DNA of 64,000 nucleotides from a bacterium (GTDB lineage Bacteria; UBP14; UBA6098; JAFGQG01): NCBI GenBank assembly GCA_016935765.1, contig JAFGQG010000082.1, positions 6,716 to 70,715 of the forward strand, read 5' to 3'. Shown piece by piece: positions 9,810 to 18,500 of this stretch (position 1 is its first letter; each line of letters starts with the position of its first letter). The notes under the pieces were generated by a model. It saw only the letters and a program-made list of their open reading frames with translations, ran no database searches and was not told where the DNA came from. The position numbers and the translations under genes were made by a program.

Positions 9810-12800
9810 TTCCCTTCTTCTCCTTCCCTCTCCGGTCCGCCTCTTTCTAACGGCTCACTGGGAGGATTGTCATTTTCATCCCTTGTAAAATTAAATGCAC
9901 CGTTTTGGATGCTGAATTTCAGGTCGTATTCTGGATGCTTTGTGAAGAAAGCATCGTTCATATTTCTATAAATTTCTCTATCAAGCAGTTGAGTTTCGAT
10001 TGGTTTTGGTGGTTTTTTCCCGATAGCTATCCATGAGAATTCGACGTTCGAGGTTCCCTCTGCCAGCTCGAGCACAGAGAATCCGTTTTCATCAACGCCA
10101 GATATGCACAATCCATTACAAGTTCCTATGGGTGTTACGGTTACAACGGGTCTTTCATTGTCTGAGGTTAAAGTGATGAAATCGTCATCGAATTCTACTC
10201 TTGCTTGTCCATTAGTCAAGGATCCATATCCTGAGGCGTAAACGGTGGGCTCTTGAGATATCGGGTGATATGATGCGATAAATTGTTCACCGCCGGTGTC
10301 GTTCAACTCGATTGAGTTCCCTTTATGGTATGCGTCACCATCGATATATGATGATACTAAATCACCTTTTACTACCTGTCCAAAGCACCCGCCATACTGA
10401 ACGGTGCCAATTGCTCCGCCGGTAGCTATAACGCCATAGCCATGTGCAGTAATCACTCTTGTGCCTGGTGATCCATGTATTGTTCTCATCATTGAGTTTT
10501 CAATATCATTATGACCACCATCAAAAGAACCACCAGCATAGCCTCCATGACCCATTACGCCAAAACCATAGCTTTCCCATGTCTGGTTTGCCCTTCCAAA
10601 AACGCCGCATCCATCATAAGAGCCATAGCCAAAACTTTCTCCATAAACGCCTGACCAATCGCCAAAGTCATCACTTTTATTAAAATCGTGATGGTTATTA
10701 GTATAACCCCAAACGCCACCGTAAGTATCGTCACCAAATCCTTGAACTCCAAAGTTGCCTTGGGATTCAGCATACACCCCGGCACCTCCGCAACTATGGA
10801 TATCGATTCCCCTGTTCGTAATATTATCAATCGTTATACCGGCATCTGAGTTTATTATACTTAAACCTGCTAAGCCAGGATTGTATATCCCTATACCAAC
10901 ACGACCAGCATTGCTTATATATATTCCATTATCAGTTCCGCCATTTATATATAGTCTGTCGGTTGAGCTGGTGCTGGTACCGATTCCTACATTACCGCCA
11001 TTGAAAAAGCTGAATCCATTTCCATTCAATCGTAGCTTAATGGCGTTATTCTGATATATATCTATTCTCCCGTCATCAGAATCGTCATAAATTCTGACCA
11101 GTGTATCTCCGGATGAAACTGCGCCATCCCTGAGGAAAATATCGTCGGAGAATACTGATGTTCCGTTCATGTTAAAATCCTGCCAGACATTTGCAGTGCC
11201 TATACATAAATCCCCGCCATTAGTAAGCCGCATTCTTTCTGTATTATTGGTTCCGAACCGAATAGCATAATTGTTATAATGCCATAAAAATGCTTCATTT
11301 GCGTATGTTGCAGTTCCTGTAGAGTATATTCCAACCATGAGTAAATTAGCTGCATCGTTCTTGCAGTTTATTCCGCCATATCCTCCGGTAGTGGAGGTAT
11401 TGGTAAAGAAAGCGGTTGGACCTGAAGTCTGATTATCGGTCACATCCAATTTAGCGGAGGGAGCATTGGTTCCAACACCTAGTCTTCCCGAGAAATATCC
11501 TTTTCCATTGAAGTAACCTCCCCAGCTTCCTGCTGCTGTTCCATATCCATATACACCATAATCTTTCCCCCTTCCATACACGCCGTAACCGGTTCCACCG
11601 GTTCCCGGGACTTCTCCATCGCCGTAAACGCCATAGACAACGCTTCCTCCTGAAGCTTCGCCCTTGATTCCGCAGAATTCGCTGCCTGCGACCACTCCTC
11701 CGGCAGTTCCGCCATAAGCGCATAATCCGTAACCATCAGAGGATGCAGCTCCCCTGCGGTCTATGTACATTCCATACCAGACACCGGTAGTAGCGCTATT
11801 TTCTATAATGCTTGCAGCGTAAGGTGAATCTACATCCCAAACCCTGAAATTTACTGCATCTGTAACTGATGGTGCGAGATAACCTGCATGGTCTTGCCAT
11901 GTATTGACTATAGATCCGATGTTAGTGCCCGGTCCCCAGGATGTCCCGTTCCACTCAAGCACATCGCCCGTTACGGGAGCATCGCTGTTTACATTGCCGA
12001 TATCAGCGATGACATGCGATTGAAAAATTTCCTGTGTGGATTGCGGCACCCATTTCGTCCCGTCCCAGTGCACGAGATTGCATGAATCGAGACCAGTGAG
12101 GTCAACATCACCAATATCATCAAATATGTTGTCAGCTAAACTATCCCTATTAATGGGGATTATTACATCTTTTTCAATTGAATGTTCTACTACACGAAGA
12201 GTATTTTTTTTAAGCAAAGCGTCATCAACAGGTTCCCATATTAACGAGTCTATAAGCTCATTGTCCATATCAGCATCATTATCGGTGCGGGGTTCCCATC
12301 TGCCGGAGTCATCGTTCCAGCCGAGCACCTGGTCTTCTGCTGCAGGTACCGCAATGACGTCTTTGAGATCATCTAAAACCATGAAAGTATCGCGGTATGC
12401 GTCAAGGGTATCCCAGTTAACACCAAGGATATCCCCGGCAGTACCGTCACCGTTAATAGATGCATCGCTCATTATGATCTGCGTACCCCAGTTATCGCCG
12501 AGCCCTCCGGGTCCGATGACCATCGGTCGCCATTCATTTGCAGCGGCTATCCAGGCGAGTACCTCGCCATCCGCCACACCTGCATCATCAACGTTATGGA
12601 GGTCGGTAAGATTGATGTTGTTATTTATATGAGTTTTAAGGGTGTTCCAATTAATGCCCAGGTTTTGAGCTGCAGTGCCATCACCCAGAAGGGAAGCGTC
12701 GTGGAGGACCACCTGGGTTCCCCAGTTATCCGCGCCAGCTGGACCGCCCACATCGTTCGAAGGCCGCCATTCATTAGCAATAGCCACCCATTTGAGAACC

Positions 12801-13894
12801 TGACCATCTACTACGCCGGATGTATCGACATCCCTCATATCATCTAATTCAAGAATGCCGGCAGTAGCCAGGTTTTGCCAATCGCAATTGCCTGCCCCAT
12901 CAGCCATTAGCACCTGCCCCGCGGTACCAAAGCCCGATCCGAAATCGATACCGCTGGAAACAAGAATGTTCCCTTCAGAATGGAAAGCGTATCCACCCGG
13001 AGCGCCTACTACATGAAGTGGATACTCTGGTGATGTGGTTCCAATCCCAACCTGGCCAGTGTGGTAAATCGCCCCCGTTAAACCGCTTCCTGTATCGTAA
13101 ACCCAGTCATTGTCACCTGATGCATCATTCCCATCCGCAAAGTCTGCTGGCATATTTCTGATGCTATCCCAGTCTGCAATGAAAGTGTCGAGGTCGTCAC
13201 CATCAGCGATATCACCAGGAATGTCCCGCAGGGTTCCCCAGCGCGCGATGAAAGTGTCTATGTCGTCGCCGTCATCGATGTCCGGAGGGATATTTATAAT
13301 ATCGCCCCATTGGACAGCTCCTGCCAGGGCTGCGAAATCGATAGTTATGTCATTTGGGATCTGTCCGTCTGTGGCTGCACCGGTTAAATCCGAAAAATCA
13401 TGTGTGTGTGCTGTATCAGAATAAGCTTGAAGGGTATCCCAGTCAGCTTCAGTTATGTAGCCGGCATCATTTGTTAAGAGGGAAATACTATCACCCTCCA
13501 TTATCGCGTCATCAATGTGCGCGACTGAGTCGGCATATATAGCACGAATAGCGTAGAACTCAGTGAGTAGCTGCTGCCTTGGGATCAAGGCGTCTCCATT
13601 TACCGCGACCTGGAGATAGTATGGTCCATCCGCAAGATCAAGATTCATCGGAGATACACTGCCCAGCACTACATCAAACAGCCCATTAGTAACCTGGACA
13701 TTCCAATGGGTTTCATTCCATATACCTGGTCCGGCAGTAGGTGTTCTGTATATCGCGAACTGAATGTTCCGTGTTCCATTGATTGCAACCCCTGCTGTAT
13801 TGGTGAGTTTACCCTGATAAGGTATAAGCCTCGGAACAGCTCCTGTATTAACAACAATGAACAAAATAAAAACCAATATCAAGATTTTCCTCAT
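9803..13894 (-). CDS. Secreted tail-fibre-like protein F2. It has the conserved N-terminal domain, 2.5 acidic 23-aa repeats, a shaft, a Gly/Tyr junction, a long unique distal region and an acidic tail.
   Basis: 1363-aa ORF with signal peptide MRKILILVFILFIVVNTGA followed by VPRLIPYQGKLTNTAGVAINGT. The RBS is AAAGGAA. Shaft motifs (GADNWGTQVV, GPGGLGDNWGTQII, L.DV....GQVL.W....W.P) are shared with F1 and F3-F5. The C-terminal 550 aa does not align with other paralogs and ends EREGEEGNN. Confidence 0.9.
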   Translation of the reverse strand: MRKILILVFILFIVVNTGAVPRLIPYQGKLTNTAGVAINGTRNIQFAIYRTPTAGPGIWNETHWNVQVTNGLFDVVLGSVSPMNLDLADGPYYLQVAVNGDALIPRQQLLTEFYAIRAIYADSVAHIDDAIMEGDSISLLTNDAGYITEADWDTLQAYSDTAHTHDFSDLTGAATDGQIPNDITIDFAALAGAVQWGDIINIPPDIDDGDDIDTFIARWGTLRDIPGDIADGDDLDTFIADWDSIRNMPADFADGNDASGDNDWVYDTGSGLTGAIYHTGQVGIGTTSPEYPLHVVGAPGGYAFHSEGNILVSSGIDFGSGFGTAGQVLMADGAGNCDWQNLATAGILELDDMRDVDTSGVVDGQVLKWVAIANEWRPSNDVGGPAGADNWGTQVVLHDASLLGDGTAAQNLGINWNTLKTHINNNINLTDLHNVDDAGVADGEVLAWIAAANEWRPMVIGPGGLGDNWGTQIIMSDASINGDGTAGDILGVNWDTLDAYRDTFMVLDDLKDVIAVPAAEDQVLGWNDDSGRWEPRTDNDADMDNELIDSLIWEPVDDALLKKNTLRVVEHSIEKDVIIPINRDSLADNIFDDIGDVDLTGLDSCNLVHWDGTKWVPQSTQEIFQSHVIADIGNVNSDAPVTGDVLEWNGTSWGPGTNIGSIVNTWQDHAGYLAPSVTDAVNFRVWDVDSPYAASIIENSATTGVWYGMYIDRRGAASSDGYGLCAYGGTAGGVVAGSEFCGIKGEASGGSVVYGVYGDGEVPGTGGTGYGVYGRGKDYGVYGYGTAAGSWGGYFNGKGYFSGRLGVGTNAPSAKLDVTDNQTSGPTAFFTNTSTTGGYGGINCKNDAANLLMVGIYSTGTATYANEAFLWHYNNYAIRFGTNNTERMRLTNGGDLCIGTANVWQDFNMNGTSVFSDDIFLRDGAVSSGDTLVRIYDDSDDGRIDIYQNNAIKLRLNGNGFSFFNGGNVGIGTSTSSTDRLYINGGTDNGIYISNAGRVGIGIYNPGLAGLSIINSDAGITIDNITNRGIDIHSCGGAGVYAESQGNFGVQGFGDDTYGGVWGYTNNHHDFNKSDDFGDWSGVYGESFGYGSYDGCGVFGRANQTWESYGFGVMGHGGYAGGSFDGGHNDIENSMMRTIHGSPGTRVITAHGYGVIATGGAIGTVQYGGCFGQVVKGDLVSSYIDGDAYHKGNSIELNDTGGEQFIASYHPISQEPTVYASGYGSLTNGQARVEFDDDFITLTSDNERPVVTVTPIGTCNGLCISGVDENGFSVLELAEGTSNVEFSWIAIGKKPPKPIETQLLDREIYRNMNDAFFTKHPEYDLKFSIQNGAFNFTRDENDNPPSEPLERGGPEREGEEGNN
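13140..13315 (-). repeat. In-frame 69-72 bp (23-24 aa) acidic tandem repeat, about 2.5 copies, in F2 (boundaries approximate)
   Basis: Protein NIPPDIDDGDDIDTFIARWGTLR / DIPGDIADGDDLDTFIADWDSIR / NMPADFADGNDASGDNDW. Confidence 0.75.
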
Positions 13895-14012
13895 TACAAA
13901 TTCCTTTCATTTTTTTATTTCAGTGATTTACTTCCCTTATTATTGGTCCAATGGCAAGAACAGGGCTTTTATTTAATCCCTGTTAATTATCCAGTATATA
14001 TTAACAATAAAA

Positions 14013-14040
14013 ATAATACTATAAAATGACAGTTTGTCAA
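14013..14040 (-). promoter_or_regulatory. Candidate sigma70-type promoter for the F2-F1-giant A operon
   Basis: On the minus strand: TTGACA (rc of 14035-14040), a 16-nt spacer, then TATTAT (rc of 14013-14018). It sits about 120 nt upstream of the F2 ATG at 13894, inside a 360-bp AT-rich non-coding region. Confidence 0.45.
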
Positions 14041-14254
14041 TATTTATTATAAATATTTATAAAAACCATTTACCCAATTTATTGAGAATGTTTATCAAAT
14101 AATAAGATAGTGGATAGATTTTAAATATGGGTATCTCCTGCTTTCAAATAACATAGTAGGAAACACTACTGAAAAATGTATTCTTCTAATGATGATATAG
14201 AATTGCTTAAGGAAAAGAACCCCATACTCAATAAACCAATCGCTTGTTGTTACT

Positions 14255-14683
14255 TTAATTTACTCTTATCGTAATAAAGAAGGTTTCAGCAGGGATAGTG
14301 TCCTTTTCCCAGGGACGATGATAAACAAGGTTTAGAATTTCTTGTCCTCTTCCGGTAACTTTGAAAGAAAACTCTTGTACTCCTGGAGCTCCCACCATAT
14401 CTGTTTCAGACTGAAATTTCGGTTCATCTAGCTGTTTAAGAATAAAACTATCACCTTCGAATTCCCAGGTGTACCCTGTAGTTGGATTAGCTTCTAACTG
14501 GATAACCAGAACCTGCCCAATACTTAATGAAATTTCCCTGCCCTTGTCGCTTTCATTCACGATTACATTTGGTTTGGCGGCTGACTCCTCAACAGAAGCT
14601 TTATGCGAACAACCGCTACTTAACATTAAAGTAAGTGCAACTATAACTGCACAGTAAAAATAATTGAATTTAAAGGTCTTCAT
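14255..14683 (-). CDS. Chagasin-family (MEROPS I42) cysteine-peptidase inhibitor, lipoprotein
   Basis: 142 aa with lipobox LMLSSGC. The three chagasin loop signatures are present: NPTTGYTW (14463-14492 region), MVGAPG, and HRPWE. Confidence 0.85.
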   Translation of the reverse strand: MKTFKFNYFYCAVIVALTLMLSSGCSHKASVEESAAKPNVIVNESDKGREISLSIGQVLVIQLEANPTTGYTWEFEGDSFILKQLDEPKFQSETDMVGAPGVQEFSFKVTGRGQEILNLVYHRPWEKDTIPAETFFITIRVN

Positions 14684-15489
14684 TATTTTATCATAACCAT
14701 CCTGATGATGTTTAAAAAATCTCCCGATTCCATCTTAGCAAAGTAGATACCGGATGCTGCTGAATTATCATGGGAATCGCTGCCATTCCAGGTTACCCTG
14801 TGATAACCCGCAGGCATTTCAGTATTCAACAGAGTCACCATTTCATTACCAAGCACGTTGTAAATCCGGATTTTAACCTGGCTATCAACGGGTAGAGCGA
14901 ACTGAATATTAGTTGAGGCGTTAAATGGATTTGGATGATTCTGCAACAAAGAATACTCAGTAGGTAATGCCTGCGCAGCAACATGTTCCGCAGATCCTGT
15001 AAGCACCAGTTCTTTATACACAGATAATACTTCGGGATTGTTTTGCTGGTTTTCATTCTCCGGGGTGGAAGAAACAACTCTAAGATCGAATTTTGAATCA
15101 GGTGTCGGTTTCCCTTTTAATTCGAGTATGATTTCCAGATCGACGCCCTGACCAGGCGGAATATACACAACGAACTCGGAGTTTCCCTGGAATGTTTCGA
15201 AATCGATCTTATTTCCTTTGAAGCTATAACTATCAAAGGAATATATGGTGGCTTCCCAGGTTATCTTGGCAGTGTGATAGGAAATATTATCCAGGGGCAT
15301 CGCTTGAATGTTGAGAACTGCGCTCGTAGTATTATACTGGTCAATGGTCAATTTACCGTTTAATTCAGCTTGAATTGCCTTTTGCTCCTGCCCCGGTGCG
15401 GTTTTAGCGCTCAGTGTTGTTCCAAGAGAGAAAACAAGCAATAATAGCATAATGAATAATGAGATTTGTAATTTGTAAATATTCGACAT
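14683..15489 (-). CDS. Small secreted protein with a T9SS-type C-terminal sorting domain (Por/CTD, FlgD-Ig-like); the N-terminal domain is unknown
   Basis: 268 aa with signal peptide MSNIYKLQISLFIMLLLLVFSLGTTLSA. The C-terminus LLQNHPNPFNASTNIQFALPVDSQVKIRIYNVLGNEMVTLLN..AGYHRVTWNG..SGIYFAKMESGDFLNIIRMVMIK is a typical T9SS type-A CTD. Its stop overlaps the inhibitor start (TAATG at 14681-14685). Confidence 0.8.
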   Translation of the reverse strand: MSNIYKLQISLFIMLLLLVFSLGTTLSAKTAPGQEQKAIQAELNGKLTIDQYNTTSAVLNIQAMPLDNISYHTAKITWEATIYSFDSYSFKGNKIDFETFQGNSEFVVYIPPGQGVDLEIILELKGKPTPDSKFDLRVVSSTPENENQQNNPEVLSVYKELVLTGSAEHVAAQALPTEYSLLQNHPNPFNASTNIQFALPVDSQVKIRIYNVLGNEMVTLLNTEMPAGYHRVTWNGSDSHDNSAASGIYFAKMESGDFLNIIRMVMIK

Positions 15490-15530
15490 TTTTCTATACC
15501 TCCATATTAATGCATCAATGATTTCTATAT

Positions 15531-18500
15531 TTAAAATGTTATTAGCAGTTCATCTATATAGATTTCATAATCTCCTAGTGTAACGACTGTAGGCTTCTTG
15601 AAAGAAATGGCGATCTTTGAGATTTTGCTATCTGCTGGTAGAGTCGCAAGTGAAACGTTCACGTTTATCCAATGTCCGGTGGCATCAGTTCTAAGGTGTG
15701 GTGTGTAGAGTACGTTATTATCATCGAGAAGATAGTATTCGGACAACCAGGCAGTACCTCCTCCATCAAGTAATAACTCGAAATCGATGATTGCGTTTCC
15801 GGGCGCCATTGGTGGATCGAAGTTGTAAAGTATCCAGAAGTTCAGACCTGCTTGCGCTGTGATGAGTAATTCATTCGGGAACGGGAATTCATAGATAACG
15901 TATCTGAACCTCGCGGGGCTATAACCAGTGAATTCTCCAGTAAGCCTGAGATAGTGGTCACCTTGAGTAGGAGGAGGAGCTAATAAACCGGCATCATCTT
16001 TATGGTAGATCTCACATTCATCGACTCCAGTGTTGATGTTCTCATTTAGAACAAGGTTATTTTCAAGTGTTGCAGGAGCTACTTCAGAGGGTTCAAAGGA
16101 ACGGTAGAATGCGCGTCTAAGACTGAAATCGTCAATATAACCGTTGGCATCCGAACTTGTTTTTATCCAGACAGATTCAACTATCCTGGTGGAATCAGGA
16201 TATGGATTTGGGGGAACTGGAAACCGGTATTTAATTGGAATAATTCCGTCAATACCCGTAAACCACTTAATATTCGAGCGTCCCTGCAGTTTGTATCCGA
16301 GATATATCTCACCCGAGTTTTTCCATCCCTTGTACATAAGGAAAAGACAGTGCTTAGTGCACAGCGTGCATGGTATAGCCTGGTTTACATCGAAAAGTAG
16401 TGTACTGTCATATCCGAAATCGAAATCGGTCTTTATATGGAGTATCCCATTATCACCTTCGAGTTCTCTCTCGCAGAGGATTCTCGGGTGGAAGATATCG
16501 TTGATATCATCGGTAATATTGCTTTGGTATCCGAAAATATGCCTGGGATCTTCATCATCAAAATTAGCGACCATAAATTCATCCACGTCGATCAGTGTTG
16601 TAAAGCTATCCTCGTCATCTATCCAGGTCTGCGCGCGTTTGAAGGTTGAATCAAGGGTATCAAAAGCGAATTCATGGTACCAACTCAGCGCTGTATCAGC
16701 AAAAATGGGATCAACAATATACCATTGCCAGGTGGTATCACCAGTAATCGAATCAACATCGAATGACCATGGTCCTAAATTGTTGTCGTACATCAAAGAA
16801 GCATAGGTTTTTATTGTGAATGCATCATATAATTTGCCTTCAGGGATCTTGTGTACGTTCATCTCTTCCCATTCGACCAGGGTATCGCCGTTATTATCAT
16901 ATCTGTCCATTAACTGGTCACCGAAATGTACTTTTATACCGTAGGGATCGGCATAGACCTCTTCCTTTCTCTGAAAGATCGATACGTGGTCTATAAATGC
17001 CCGAAGGTTTCCTGCAACGGGTAGATCAGCATCGTACCTGATTACCACATCCTGAATAAGAAGTCCTTCGAGAATGTCAGGTAGTTCGTAATCGATATAT
17101 CTCCAGAAGTTCCCTGAGACAGGTCTCCATGTGAGATTTGAATCTGGATCGATCTCATTCCGGCGATTAGGAAAATATGGATTATCGAACTGGTCATTCC
17201 CGACAATATTCAAACCATCCAAATAATCGAGCATATAGAATTGATCGCCTGTTTCAGGATCCTCGAGAAGGAGGTCTATTAATACTTGAGGTGGATTAAG
17301 CTGGGGCAGGTCATCGCGGACGATCTGGTATTGTGGCATATATTCATTCCAGATATAATAACCCAAATTAGTGCAGTCTTCAATACGATATTCAAGATAT
17401 TTAGGTAATAGCGAAAACATGAAATTTGGATATTCAGTTTCATCCTTCACCCTTTCGAGAAGTGGTACATAACCGCTGACTTCATAGCATCTTCCAGCAG
17501 GGCCAAAGCGCATAGTATCGATTGAGATCGATGTAGTAGCGGTTGGATCCGGGTCAGGGAGATTCGCGAGTGAGCAGACCGGAACTCCTGGATTATTATT
17601 CCAGGCAATTACGTTGAAAGGCGGAACCGCAAAGACGTTTTGATTGAAACCTTCCTGAGGTTGGTTCTCAGGTTCAAAATCGAGAACGATGCTTTTAACC
17701 CTGATTGTCAAATTATCTATCATGCAATGTACGCGTCCGGTTATGTCGTTTGGCTGGTCTTCGTAACCTAAAAGGATGCCGATTATGGTGCTTCCTTCAA
17801 ATTGCGATAGCGAGGCAACCACATGATGGAATTCGCCGGTTTCAACTGACTCCTGAGGTCGCCAAGCTGGATGCATACGTACTCCGTTTACATCAAAGAA
17901 GCTGTCAACTACAATAGACCTGAAACCCTCTTCAAATAGGAGGTCGATACATACTAATTTCCCATTTGCGGTCAATGGCATGAGATCGTAGGACAATTCC
18001 ATGGATTTATCAACTTTTATTTCGCAATTGAACAACTTGAAATAGACGTAGGAATTTGCCCAGATGTCAGCATCCTCACTTTCGTCCTTGAAGATTACTT
18101 CGAGAACCCCATTACCATCAGGCAATTCTACGCGGTCACATAAATGAGTAGTTATTGCGGGATCATAATCAACGTTTCTGAATTCGAAGATATTATCCTT
18201 ATAACCCCAGGGATATTCAATTGTTTGGAGGCTATCCCAGGTGATCTTGAATCTGCCTTCCCATCTTTCCATCGGATCGTGAAAATATTTTTCAAGCCAA
18301 TCAGGCACACCATTGATGTTCGCATCCATATATTGGTCATCGGTCTTCGAGTTGAATCCGCCTGCGTTGTATAGATAAGGTACAAAATCAAGGTGACCAT
18401 CATCATTGACCCGGGGGCTTCCAATCAGAAAATCATCCCATGCGTCTCTGGGGGGCATGATAGTGTCTCCACCCTGTAATCCTACTGGCAGCCTCGTACC

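Noticed and set aside
12036-12632. Long plus-strand ORFs antisense to the fibre and giant genes (for example 12036..12632, 25268..25687, 39923..40411, 40192..40680, 16144..16806, 20268..20789, 32795..33307, 13110..13424) and off-frame minus-strand ORFs (33469..33966, 7050..7283, 11451..11736, 26803..27174)
   Set aside because: All lie entirely inside much longer ORFs that have clear homology among paralogs. Their products are low-complexity (Ser/Pro/Ile-rich). They are explained by codon bias and repeat periodicity of the real genes.
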